Assembly (NCBI GenBank): GCA_950097015.1
Contig: CATNEN010000007.1
Coordinates: 12,028,001-12,092,000, forward strand
Origin: Macrostomum hystrix
Taxonomy: Eukaryota > Animalia > Platyhelminthes
Length of the DNA: 64,000 nt
Direction: 5' to 3'
The notes beneath the pieces are model-generated. The model did not search any database and was not told the DNA's origin. It saw only the letters and a list, made by a program, of their open reading frames with translations. The number at the start of each line of letters is the position of its first letter. Position 1 is the first letter of the stretch. The position numbers were made by a program, and so were the translations under genes. Below are positions 24,900 to 38,000 of this stretch, piece by piece.

Positions 24900-27120
24900 C
24901 TATGAAAAATGCGACTGACCGCCTCGCTGCTGTGGCGGCGTCGGCGGTGTCGGCGGCGGCTGCGGCAGCTCGACGAAGACCAGACGGTGCTCGACAACTC
25001 GGCGAACGAAGCCGTCGCTGCCGCGCATCAGCGACTCCACCCGACCTGCCTCCGAGTCTGGCAGCGACACGGAGAAGGCGCGCAAGATAGCCGTCAGCAG
25101 CGTGAAGACCTCCATGCGGGCGAGGGCCTCGCCGGGGCAGGCCCGCTTGCCCAGACTGAAGGGCAGAAGGTGGCGGGACGGCTGGAAGCGACCTTCGCGC
25201 AGAAACCGGTCGGGCTGGAAGCGGTCGGGCTCCGGGAAGTGTTCCGGGTCGTGGTGGACGCCGTACAGGTTGGGGATGATCCGGGCGCCCTTCGGGATGC
25301 GGAAGCCGCCGATTGTGGTGCTGTCCATTGCGCGGCGGATCACACCTTCGGGCAGCAGGGAGACGAACCGCTGGACCTGCGTGTTGAAGGGTGGGTCAGC
25401 TGTTCGCACATAGTCGGGATGGCCAAAAGAAGTCAGAAGCAGATAAAATATTGCCGAGTAAGATGGACTCCTTGGATAGACTTATTACATCCGAGAAAAC
25501 CCACAGCAGTACTGAAATAAACCCACATGCACACCCACATAAACCCACATCCATACCCACATAAACCCACATCCACACCCACATAAACCCACATCCATAC
25601 CCACATAAACCCACATCCATACCCACATAAACCCATATCCATACCCACATAAACCCACATCCATACCCACATCCATACCCACATAAACCCACATCCATAC
25701 CCACATCCATACCCACATAAACCCACATCCATACCCACATCCATACCCACATAAACCCACATCCATACCCACATAAACCCACATCCATACCCAGATAAAT
25801 CCACACTAAACGCACCTCCTCCAGGAATGCCTGCACGTAGGGCAGGCGGTCCTTGTCGGCGTACGAGGCGTCACCTCCGGCCGTCTCGACCTCGGCCCGC
25901 AGCCGCTGCTGAGCCTCCGGATGCAGGGCGGCGAGCAGCAGCGCCCAGCGGACCAGGTTGGCCACAGCGTCAATGCCGCCGGTCATCAGGTCAAAGATCG
26001 TCATCGCCAGACGGCCATCGAGCATGCACGGAGCGGCAAAATCGTCCTGGGTCGAGTGGTCGACTTTTTCTGCCATTCCGAAGGTAGCAGCTGCGTTAGT
26101 GTTGTCGGCGGAGGCTGACTCGGCGTTGCCATTGTTGTCATTCTCATCGTCGCTGAAGTAGTTGGCCTTCTCGCGCAGGTAGAACTCGATGTAGTCGGCG
26201 TAGTCGCGGCTGCTCTGCCTGGCCAGCTGGAAGCCCCCGGCCTGCCGACTGTGCCGCAGGCTGCGCCGCCGCTTGTCGATCTGCTCCTGGCACATCAGCA
26301 GCGCCTCCATCACGGGCGGCTCCGGCTGGCCGAGCGACAGCAGCCTCCGCACCGCTGGACCCACCGGCCAGGGCAGCTTCCCCAACCGCCTCATCAGAGT
26401 CTGGAACATGTTCAGTCGGTTCTCCCTGTCGAAGGACTGGACCAGCGGCAGCTTAGAGTAGAAGCGTTCGTCGTATGCCACCTGCTCGCAGCCGAAGATC
26501 ATCCGGCTGATGACGGCACTGACGCTCTGCGTTACCAGCTCGCCGACATCGATCTCGGCCGAGCGTATCAGCGTCGCCGTTCCTGCGGGCAGGCGATCGC
26601 GAATCTCCTGGACAATCTGGCGCGACTCTTCGGCCACGTCGGACTGGCCGGCGGGCCGGCCCCAGCCGAAGTCGTTGAGGGCACGGACGCTGAAGGTGCG
26701 ATGTGCGCGCCAGAGCTTGCCTTCGCTGAGGGCCAGGCCGCCCACCTGCTTGCGCCAGGGCAGCTGCGGCCGGCCCAGCAGGCTCTCGTTGAGGAAGACC
26801 TCGCGAATCTCATCGTAGCCAGACACAATCACGGCCAGGTGGTCGGGGAATGTCACCTGGATAACGCTGCCGTACCTGGCTTTGCCCTCGCGCTCCACCC
26901 AGCGCCACAGCGGCAGCTCAACGTGAAAATGGCTCCCGATCAGCGGCCAAGCCGGAGGACCGGGTGCGTCGCAGATTGCTTCGCGTCGTCTCCGACGTCT
27001 CAGCAGCAGCAGCAGCAGCAACAGCAGTGACAGCAGCGCTAGCAGGCTTGGCTGCAGGAGCTTCGACAGCTGACCATCGATGCCTCTGCCGCCGCTGCTG
27101 TTTTTGTCGACGCTTCCCAT
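24900..27120 (-). CDS. Cytochrome P450, clan-2-like, 2 exons, ~593 aa
   Basis: Exons 27120-25816 and 25376-24900; the phase-0 join gives FLEE|VQR (ExxR). N-terminal TM, basic stretch and PGPPAWPLIG hinge; WxxxR (WRAHR); PDRF; heme motif FSLGKRACPG. Confidence 0.93.
25516..25806. repeat. Minisatellite (ATAAACCCACATCCATACCCAC)n filling the P450 intron
   Basis: 22-bp unit with 12-bp sub-repeats; accounts for the MWVWMWV ORFs. Confidence 0.93.
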
Positions 27121-29902
27121 CTGGTGGCAGAGCCTCCGCCCGTCCCACCGCCTTCGAGTCCGGTTGCCAAGGGGATGAGCGGGGCTCCCTCACTCAACCG
27201 GCGGGATGAGGCAGCGGGATGAGACCGGCAGCTGAGTGAAGTGAGGCTCTGGTTTAGGCCTCTGGCTCTCGATACGGAGGACGGGAGAGCCGGCGGGCTT
27301 ACGGAAGAAGCATCGGCAGAAGTAATGCCTGTGCTCTTTCCTATTGCCTTTTCTTTCAGTCGCTGCTTCTCCAGCGCAGGCCAGCTCTGGCTGCGCGCTC
27401 TGACCCTCCTCGCAGGCGGCCGCCCTTCAGGCACCGCCAAACTGGTGCAGCCACCCCCCCTCCACCCCGGCCTCCCCCAGTAACTCCTTTTCTCTCTCTC
27501 CCTGCGGGTGGGACGGGCTGGTGGTGTGGGGCGGTTTGTCGCTCCGCGAGAGCCGCAGAGAGAGAGCTCTGGCCTGTGAGGGAGCGCAGAAAGGCTAAGT
27601 GCCGGAGTTAAAGTACGAAATAATGCAGAAGTAACGCCTGGCTCCTTTCTTATCTGGCATTGTCCACAAATTGCGCGCCGGCCACCCCGGGCGCTGTCTG
27701 TTTCTCGGGTGCGCCCTCCCCCCTCCGCCTCTGGCCGCGCATCTCCGTCTTGAGAGCTGAGAGAGAGAGAGAGCGAAGGAAAAGTACATTTCAACTTAGA
27801 AGTGCAGCCGCCTCTCGCGCCGGGATTGTTTTTCAGCTTGGGGGTGGGTCTGCTGGGACCTGAGGAGGGGCAGGCCGCGGGAAGGCTATTATGAGCTTGT
27901 CTGAGGACTGCAGCTAGAAAGCGGAGGGGGGTGTCTGCAGAGCTGCAATTTGTGAGTACACTGCCCGCCGACTGCTACGAAAAGCGGCCGGGACCGGCTG
28001 CGGCGCCAGAGGATCCAGTGTGATATTCTGAGCATTGTCAGCCTGCTCAATCTTCACTGGAACTGGTTCTTCTAACAGATGAAGCAGCACAGTTGCCTCA
28101 TTTGCAAATTCTCCCTGACTGGCATTCTGCCCCAGGTACCCAGGGGATGCCAGGACTTAAAGCAAAAGGGCAACGGGAAATGAAGTAGCCACCTGTTTTG
28201 CTGCGCTTGGCTTTGCCAGGTGTTTGCAGATGATATTGCCGACTTCATGCAGGCATAGGCAGGCAAGAACTGGTCAGGAAAATATGAGAAAGTCTCGAGA
28301 GTGCTGCTGCTGTGCAAGCAGCAACGCAGACTTTGCTATCCTCTCTCTTTCTCCAAGAAGGAAAGAAGAAAATGAGGGTCTGTGGATGGTTGACATCTTA
28401 CTGCACAATGGCAGCCCGGGGGAGCAGGGGCTACGACTGAGGGCCTGGCGCTGTCTGCTGGAGAGTGCATTTTTCCGGAAATTCCTACTCAGCCTGGCGG
28501 TCTGTTTGTACTTGCAGCATGGTTGTAAATCTTATTTTGTGTCACGTCTGCACTGTCGCTTAATGCATAATTTAATTGATTCATACTCTGCACTGAAGCT
28601 CACGCACGCAGCCCCAGATGAAACAATGACCCCTATTTGTCTTTGAGCACAATTGACGCACATAAGATCCTTATGAGGTCCCCGCCGTGGCATCACTCTT
28701 CTGCGCTTTCTTCAAGCTTTTTGCCCTGTGACACATGCGCAATTACTTCTTTGTAGTAACCCTTTGTATTCTACAGTAGAACAACTTCTTTGTATTGTAC
28801 AGTAGATGTAAGAGCTTTCTATTCTGTATGAAACTGTATTAAAATGTCATCAGATTTCCATCAATATCTTTCGATATGATTCAGACGCAGAAAATTCTGC
28901 TTCACAGGCTCTGTTTCTAGAAAATATTTTGATTACCCACCCCTAAGCTAAAAATTAGGTGCGACCCGACTGTATTATAGCTGCACATGTCAAAACAAGT
29001 CTGTAACTGCGCACAGTGCACAATTCATATATGGCTATTGGCCCGGATGTGGCGTCGCTGCACCGCACAATGCCTTAAATGCGCAATCAGCGTGCAGCTT
29101 GCTGCCTTTTATTTTTACGATTGAAGATGTTTCAAATACTGCGAGTTGTGTCTAAATGCTGAACTCAAATTGCTCGATAAATATGTCGAGGAATATTATA
29201 TTATTTTATATTTTCAACGCTAGTTTAATTTGCTTCTGAACAAAAACTAATAAATTAATTGTAGTAAGTATAAGTAGTCCATGCTCTTCAACTAAATTCC
29301 TATCTGATCAGACCCGGCCCAAAAGAATTCTCAACTCCAGAAGTCCTAAGCCGCTCAAAATACAATATTTAATAAGATGATGTCGCTTCCGAGTTAAAAC
29401 GAATGATATATAGGCTTATCAATACATAATAAATTAAATTAGGAGAAATGTAAGTTCTGGGGTTAATGAACTTAGAATGAACTAAACGAACTTTGGAAAC
29501 ACAAAAAAGCGGTGACAGTATATGCTGAGCCGGTGGCACAATAAACAAATAAACAATAAATAAAAACATCATGCAAGTGTAACCCTAAACATAGAAAATG
29601 TTTTTTTATTGGAGCAGTTGAATAAATTAAAATATAATATATAGATGTAGTAGATGACAGACACTTGCTGCGCAGTTAGAAACCAGAAGCTTGGATCGTG
29701 CAACAAACCTAATTCCAGAGACCGTTAATTCAAGTAGCTTCTACCTGCCAACGCCTGCGAAAAATATATTTTAGCAGACGTTGCTACAGCTATTGAAAGT
29801 CAATCATGAAGTGAGGTGCATGTGAAACCTTGGTATATTGTGTTAATCAAAGTTTTAAAGAAAAAAGTTTATTTTGGTGGTGGGATAGAGTCTGAAGCCC
29901 AC

Positions 29903-30152
29903 GGAAGTGGCTATTCGTACAGCAGTCCGGAAATATAAAATCCAATAATTCACCATGAGGAAGCTTGCCGCGGGTTGGCGAACACGTATAATTTTTTCAT
30001 CTAACCGTGCAGAAAATTATCAAACAGTTTTTATTCAAAAGAAAAATCTACAAGCATCGCAGTTTACATTTTAGGTTTGTTATAACTCGTTTCATCATTT
30101 CTTGGAAATGCACTACAAGATAGGAGATTCTGCCGTACGAATAGCCACTACC
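29903..30152. mobile_element. 250-bp MITE with 23-bp TIRs and 9-bp TSD (Merlin- or Mutator-like)
   Basis: TIRs GGAAGTGGCTATTCGTACAGCAG / CTGCCGTACGAATAGCCACTACC (2 mismatches). GAAGCCCAC flanks both ends (29894-29902, 30153-30161). Confidence 0.85.
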
Positions 30153-31685
30153 GAAGCCCACAGCGGGTTTTCAAACATACTTCCTGGAATAAATTCGGGA
30201 CTCCTCTCCTACGTGAATTACGTCAACTTTTGTAATTCAAACTGACATCTCTTTAAACTGGCATCCGCTAAATTACAAATTAGTTATATGCCCTATAGTA
30301 GCCCACACACACAATCCATGGTTACAGCCCTCATAATACGTGGTGGCAGCCCCATTTTTTATATATATTTTCTAGGCTCGACCGTGTATATGCGTGCTAT
30401 GCTGTATAATTAAATTTATTTAAATCGACTCTCTAGGCCTAGCTACGATTTTGAGTCTAAATCTTAGGCTTATCTTAAAGTTTATGCTAATCAGTTATAG
30501 CCATAGGTCTATGATAAAAAGAATAGGATCTTGGTTTTAGGCTTTATTTTGTTAAAACAGGCATGTACACGATTATGGTGTATGTCATGATGTTAAATTT
30601 AGGCAATTAATAATTTCACATATGATTCTATAGGATAAGCCTTTAATACTGCTATATTTTGTGTTGTGCATTGTGCTATAATTAGACAATATACCCTTGT
30701 CCATATGCTAAGGCTTGTGTAATCTGTAAACTGTAATATGACTATCTGGCTCTCTGGGTAATAGTCCACTTTGTGACTTTGGTAACAGCAACTTTAGTAA
30801 CAGTGCTTGTTAACAAATCCTAATCACTTTAGTACAACACTTTGGTAACAGGCACACTTAATTAGCAAATGGTATTATCAATTCTGTAAAAATATATAAT
30901 TCTAGTTATAATTCTCTCTCTCTATATATATATATAGGCCTATACACTAGTCAGGTGACCAAGCAGATACTATAGACTGCTGGAGTATACTAGCATTCTT
31001 AATTAGCATGCTGGCTATCCTGTTTTAAAATTACTTTAATTAATTTTCCATCTCAATTGGCAATTTGGCCCAACTTAAATCAGTTAAATTTCAGCAGCTA
31101 GCACTTTAAAGTAATCAGTTGCAAAATATTAGCTAGTTAGCTAAACTACAAAGTAGCAACTAGACTACCCAAAATTAAAAAGGTTGTTACATTTCTGTAG
31201 ACTGCCATACATCCAGATATTTTTATTTAAGTTGCTAAGATTTGTATTCTAGGTTTTCAAAATTAAGATACTGAAAAATCAAGAAATAGAGTTTTTGGAT
31301 AAGGATTATTATAATCTAAAAAATTGACAATACCTTGTTAAGCTGGCAACTGCACAGGGATACTAAGTAGATCTTTGGTGCATAGGCACCAAGATGCAGA
31401 TTCAGTTTTGTCTACAAAACTGTGCACTGCACAGGGAAATAAATGAAGCGCTTGAGCACTTTAGAATTCTGTCTAAAAAGATTGCATAGGCCTATGCTTT
31501 GCAAGGAAATCTATTGATTTCAGACAACAATACATTTCTCTCAAGTATTTCGGACACTGTCTCGATAGACCCTATCAGCTTTTATAGCAAGATCTAATCA
31601 AACCTCTAATAAAAATTGAATTGTCAGAAGAAAACAAAAATAAATGTTTCAGGTCATATGGGCTATATGCTCTGTGTTACTAGAG

Positions 31686-32495
31686 CAGGGGTGGGCAAAC
31701 TCTGACCAGCGGGCCAAATGTGACTCAAAGCTCCCAAACCCAGCATGTTGCCCCTTCCAACACCTATGGTATTCTGTTAAATTTTTCCATTTCTCATTTT
31801 TCCCTTTCATCTCTTCTCTGTCTCCCCTATTAAATTTCTATACCTAATGCAGCCTGCAGTTATTTTTTAGGTTCTCTTTTTAGCCCACTAGCTAATAATT
31901 TTCTCAGGCCTGCATCTTTTTGCTATTCCTTAATGTTAATATGGCCTGCAAAGTGATTTCTCAAAATACATTTGATACCTTTATATAGAATAAAAAACTG
32001 CAAGTTATACTCATAATGTAAACTCATATATCCTAGGAAAGAAATGACATCTTTGTGGACATGTCCTGTGTGTTTTATTATTCTTGTTGACATGGCACTA
32101 TTGGGCAGCAGGGCTCAACACAGTGTAGTACAACACCTAATGTTGTTTTTTTTCTATATAGATGCATAGACCAAAGCTGTTGTTAGCATTGCTTGGTACT
32201 CTTTTGAGCCAAAATTTTATAGTTCCCAGAGTGTTCATTAACTTTGTACAAAAGTTCCAATAGGGACTCTATACATGTCCCTTATCTCTAGGCTGGGGAC
32301 AGAAAATGCCTTGCTTTGGGCTAGGGATTTTTTTCTGGTTTCCAAGCCAACATGCAAAAGGCTTAGCATTAATATTTGTTTTTTATAACAAATAAACAAA
32401 CAAATAGTAAGTATTTCTTTATCTTATTTTCTGGCCCATGGCACTGGCCTCTAGCTCTAGCCAGCCCAGACTGATAAAAAGATTGCTGACTCCTG
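31686..32495. mobile_element. 810-bp non-autonomous hAT element (Charlie/Buster-like)
   Basis: Degenerate TIRs CAGGGGTGGGCAA ... TTGCTGACTCCTG. Perfect 8-bp TSD TACTAGAG (31678-85, 32496-503). Confidence 0.8.
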
Positions 32496-33156
32496 TACTA
32501 GAGCAATAACCAAGACTTTAATTGGCCTGGGATAGAATGGTATATGACATTTTAACCATTTATTCCAATATTTCTCTCAGAACAAAAGAATGAGGGCATT
32601 TCTCATTTTGTCCCATGATCACATATAATAAAATAACTTATCTGTTCACAATCAATAAAGCATTCACTTCTTTTTTATCCCAAGTCCTTAACTCAAAATT
32701 CTGCTGAAACAGCTTTAAAAAGTGCCAGTTAGTTCTTTTTTCACTCTATCGGGGCTCTTGTCTATTATGTATAGATGAAAGTATGCATATACTATAGCTC
32801 TTGAACATACAAATTTATCAGTTTAGAAGTTTTACCTAAAACATTAGGTCAGCTCTACTCCAAATTGTTTCCACGTAAGAAGGAACTAAAAGATTCCCCA
32901 ACACTCCAAATCTTTAGGATGCCCAACATCATATCCTCAGGCATATTCATATTTTAACTCTCCCTATCAATACTATAGGTAGTTTTACTCTTGTTTGCTT
33001 TTATCTCCCATACCCTCTTCCAATGTGTCCTTGCCTACTGCAACTTCCCTTGCCAGGCACTTGATTGTAAGACTCTGGAGCAGAATTTTGTTAACCTTTA
33101 TGTTAGGTTATATTGCAAAATACCTTCTTGTAGCATCTCCTAAATTATTGAGCATC

Positions 33157-34080
33157 TCTTAATTAATAATATTGCATTAAATTATGAAACAGAACAACAC
33201 TATTGAACTCTAATTAATAATATTGCATTAAATTATGAAACAGAACAACACTATTGAACGCTATTTAATAATATTGCATTAAATTATGAAACAGAACAAC
33301 ACTATTGAACTCTAATTAATAATATTGCATTAAATTATGAAACAGAACAACACTATTGAACGCTATTTAATTATATTGCATTAAATTATGAAACAGAACA
33401 ACACTATTGAACGCTATTTAATTATATTGCATTAAATTATGAAACAGAACAACACTATTGAACTTTAATTAATAATATTGCATTAAATTATGAAACAGAA
33501 CAACACTATTGAACTCTAATTAATAATATTGCATTAAATTATGAAACAGAACAACACTATTGAACTTTAATTAATAATATTGCATTAAATTATGAAACAG
33601 AACAACACTATTGAACGCTATTTAATTATATTGCATTAAATTATGAAACAGAACAACACTATTGAACTTTAATTAATAATATTGCATTAAATTATGAAAC
33701 AGAACAACACTATTGAACGCTATTTAATTATATTGCATTAAATTATGAAACAGAACAACACTATTGAACTTTAATTAATAATATTGCATTAAATTATGAA
33801 ACAGAACAACACTATTGAACTCTAATTAATAATATTGCATTAAATTATGAAACAGAACAACACTATTGAACTCTAATTAATAATATTGCATTAAATTGTG
33901 AAACAGAACAACACTATTGAACTCTAATTAATAATATTGCATTAAATTATGAAACAGAACAACACTATTGAACTCTAATTAATAATATTGCATTAAATTA
34001 TGAAACAGAACAACACTATTGAACTCTAATTAATAATATTGCATTAAATTATGAAACAGAACAACACTATTGAACTCTAA
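33157..34080. repeat. 51-bp AT-rich minisatellite, ~18 copies
   Basis: Unit CTCTAATTAATAATATTGCATTAAATTATGAAACAGAACAACACTATTGAA. Confidence 0.97.
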
Positions 34081-34138
34081 GCATCCGCGACTTCTCGCCA
34101 CTCCGCAGCAGCCCTCCCCACCGACGCCGCCCGCCGGG

Positions 34139-34384
34139 ATGCACGCCAGCAACGCTAAGCTCGCCGCAATCCTTGTCGCCTCCATCCTGCTGGTGTTTGT
34201 GGTGCTCATATTGGCTGGTAAGACGCCCGTGTCTGTGCTCAACTATCACCGATCCAAGCAGTACCGCAACCAGGCCGTCGGCTCCAGTCGCCTGATTGTC
34301 GGCGAAGATGCCGCCCTGGCCTCCGAGGTGCAGGCCAAGAAGATGGCACCAGTTAAGGACGGCGTTATTCCCAACAACAGGTGA
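34139..34384 (+). CDS. Orphan type-II/signal-anchor membrane protein (81 aa, or first exon of a ~137-aa spliced gene)
   Basis: GC-rich coding-like island after acceptor CCGCAG. MHASNAK followed by hydrophobic LAAILVASILLVFVVLILA. Possible donor AG|GTGACG at 34380 joining 39660-39691 and 39779-39918 in phase. Confidence 0.55.
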   Translation: MHASNAKLAAILVASILLVFVVLILAGKTPVSVLNYHRSKQYRNQAVGSSRLIVGEDAALASEVQAKKMAPVKDGVIPNNR

Positions 34385-35008
34385 CGCGCAGTGTCCACAC
34401 AGCCAATCGGACTAGCTGGCCCCCAACCCGCGCTTCCCAAGACTGCACCGCTCTACTTGCAGTAGTTCATGCGAGTGCGCGTGTGTCGCGATTGAATCTG
34501 CTTAGTCAGGGCTAGGAGACAAATCCAAGTTCAGAAATCTCTTTTAGGCTTTTAGATTTTAGAGCCGTATAACTGCACAGTGTTGGCAAATATTTTCCAG
34601 CATTAGCCGTTAGCCTTGCTTACATCCTCTTAGTAGCTGGGCTACTAGCCTTTCTGCCTACTGAAGCTAGTTCCTATGAGCTCTGATACCTGTATTATTG
34701 GCCGGATTGCAATCAATCGTGACACACACTGTCAGGGTATGATATAGAGTAGCCACGGCTATTTATTGTTAATTATTGTTAGAGTACTGATATATCTGAT
34801 TCGGTTAATTACGCAACCGCCCCCCATAAACAACTCTGGTAACTTTGAACATTTATCTGTTTTCGCCATTGTGATATCAAAATATTCTGTTAAAGCGATT
34901 TTTATATCACTTCTTTGCTCCTCCAGCCTCTTTTGTTTTAGCTTGCTTTTTGTAAAAACCATTAGATACCGAGGCTGGGTAGCTGCTTGTGCCCCACCCG
35001 TGCTTGGT

Positions 35009-38000
35009 TTGTCAATGACATCTCAGACTGAACTGGTTGTCAATGCATCTCAGACTGAACTGGTTGTCAATGCATCTCAGACTGAACTGGTTGTCAATGC
35101 ATCTCAGACTGAACTGGTTGTCAATGCATCTCAGACTGAACTGGTTGTCAATGACATCTCAGACTGAACTGGTTGTCAATGCATCTCAGACTGAACTGGT
35201 TGTCAATGCATCTCAGACTGAACTGGTTGTCAATGCATCTCAGACTGAACTGGTTGTCAATGCATCTCAGACTGAACTGGTTGTCAATGCATCTCAGACT
35301 GAACTGGTTGTCAATGCATCTCAGACTGAACTGGTTGTCAATGACATCTCAGACTGAACTGGTTGTCAATGACATCTCAGACTGAACTGGTTGTCAATGA
35401 CATCTCAGACTGAACTGGTTGTCAATGACATCTCAGACTGAACTGGTTGTCAATGACATCTCAGACTGAACTGGTTGTCAATGCATCTCAGACTGAACTG
35501 GTTGTCAATGCATCTCAGACTGAACTGGTTGTCAATGACATCTCAGACTGAACTGGTTGTCAATGCATCTCAGACTGAACTGGTTGTCAATGACATCTCA
35601 GACTGAACTGGTTGTCAATGCATCTCAGACTGAACTGGTTGTCAATGACATCTCAGACTGAACTGGTTGTCAATGCATCTCAGACTGAACTGGTTGTCAA
35701 TGCATCTCAGACTGAACTGGTTGTCAATGCATCTCAGACTGAACTGGTTGTCAATGACATCTCAGACTGAACTGGTTGTCAATGCATCTCAGACTGAACT
35801 GGTTGTCAATGACATCTCAGACTGAACTGGTTGTCAATGCATCTCAGACTGAACTGGTTGTCAATGCATCTCAGACTGAACTGGTTGTCAATGACATCTC
35901 AGACTGAACTGGTTGTCAATGCATCTCAGACTGAACTGGTTGTCAATGCATCTCAGACTGAACTGGTTGTCAATGACATCTCAGACTGAACTGGTTGTCA
36001 ATGCATCTCAGACTGAACTGGTTGTCAATGCATCTCAGACTGAACTGGTTGTCAATGCATCTCAGACTGAACTGGTTGTCAATGCATCTCAGACTGAACT
36101 GGTTGTCAATGACATCTCAGACTGAACTGGTTGTCAATGCATCTCAGACTGAACTGGTTGTCAATGACATCTCAGACTGAACTGGTTGTCAATGCATCTC
36201 AGACTGAACTGGTTGTCAATGCATCTCAGACTGAACTGGTTGTCAATGCATCTCAGACTGAACTGGTTGTCAATGCATCTCAGACTGAACTGGTTGTCAA
36301 TGCATCTCAGACTGAACTGGTTGTCAATGACATCTCAGACTGAACTGGTTGTCAATGCATCTCAGACTGAACTGGTTGTCAATGCATCTCAGACTGAACT
36401 GGTTGTCAATGCATCTCAGACTGAACTGGTTGTCAATGCATCTCAGACTGAACTGGTTGTCAATGCATCTCAGACTGAACTGGTTGTCAATGCATCTCAG
36501 ACTGAACTGGTTGTCAATGACATCTCAGACTGAACTGGTTGTCAATGACATCTCAGACTGAACTGGTTGTCAATGACATCTCAGACTGAACTGGTTGTCA
36601 ATGCATCTCAGACTGAACTGGTTGTCAATGCATCTCAGACTGAACTGGTTGTCAATGACATCTCAGACTGAACTGGTTGTCAATGCATCTCAGACTGAAC
36701 TGGTTGTCAATGACATCTCAGACTGAACTGGTTGTCAATGCATCTCAGACTGAACTGGTTGTCAATGACATCTCAGACTGAACTGGTTGTCAATGCATCT
36801 CAGACTGAACTGGTTGTCAATGCATCTCAGACTGAACTGGTTGTCAATGCATCTCAGACTGAACTGGTTGTCAATGACATCTCAGACTGAACTGGTTGTC
36901 AATGCATCTCAGACTGAACTGGTTGTCAATGACATCTCAGACTGAACTGGTTGTCAATGCATCTCAGACTGAACTGGTTGTCAATGCATCTCAGACTGAA
37001 CTGGTTGTCAATGACATCTCAGACTGAACTGGTTGTCAATGCATCTCAGACTGAACTGGTTGTCAATGCATCTCAGACTGAACTGGTTGTCAATGACATC
37101 TCAGACTGAACTGGTTGTCAATGCATCTCAGACTGAACTGGTTGTCAATGCATCTCAGACTGAACTGGTTGTCAATGCATCTCAGACTGAACTGGTTGTC
37201 AATGCATCTCAGACTGAACTGGTTGTCAATGACATCTCAGACTGAACTGGTTGTCAATGCATCTCAGACTGAACTGGTTGTCAATGACATCTCAGACTGA
37301 ACTGGTTGTCAATGCATCTCAGACTGAACTGGTTGTCAATGCATCTCAGACTGAACTGGTTGTCAATGCATCTCAGACTGAACTGGTTGTCAATGCATCT
37401 CAGACTGAACTGGTTGTCAATGCATCTCAGACTGAACTGGTTGTCAATGACATCTCAGACTGAACTGGTTGTCAATGCATCTCAGACTGAACTGGTTGTC
37501 AATGCATCTCAGACTGAACTGGTTGTCAATGCATCTCAGACTGAACTGGTTGTCAATGCATCTCAGACTGAACTGGTTGTCAATGCATCTCAGACTGAAC
37601 TGGTTGTCAATGCATCTCAGACTGAACTGGTTGTCAATGACATCTCAGACTGAACTGGTTGTCAATGACATCTCAGACTGAACTGGTTGTCAATGCATCT
37701 CAGACTGAACTGGTTGTCAATGCATCTCAGACTGAACTGGTTGTCAATGCATCTCAGACTGAACTGGTTGTCAATGCATCTCAATCCTTCAATGCATCTC
37801 AGACTGAACTGGTTGTCAATGCATCTCAGACTGAACTGGTTGTCAATGACATCTCAGACTGAACTGGTTGTCAATGACATCTCAGACTGAACTGGTTGTC
37901 AATGCATCTCAGACTGAACTGGTTGTCAATGCATCTCAGACTGAACTGGTTGTCAATGCATCTCAGACTGAACTGGTTGTCAATGCATCTCAGACTGAAC

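Noticed and set aside
25396-25815. C-terminal MWVWMWV extension of the 574-aa P450 ORF
   Set aside because: Intron readthrough; splicing 25816->25376 restores ExxR and the heme domain.
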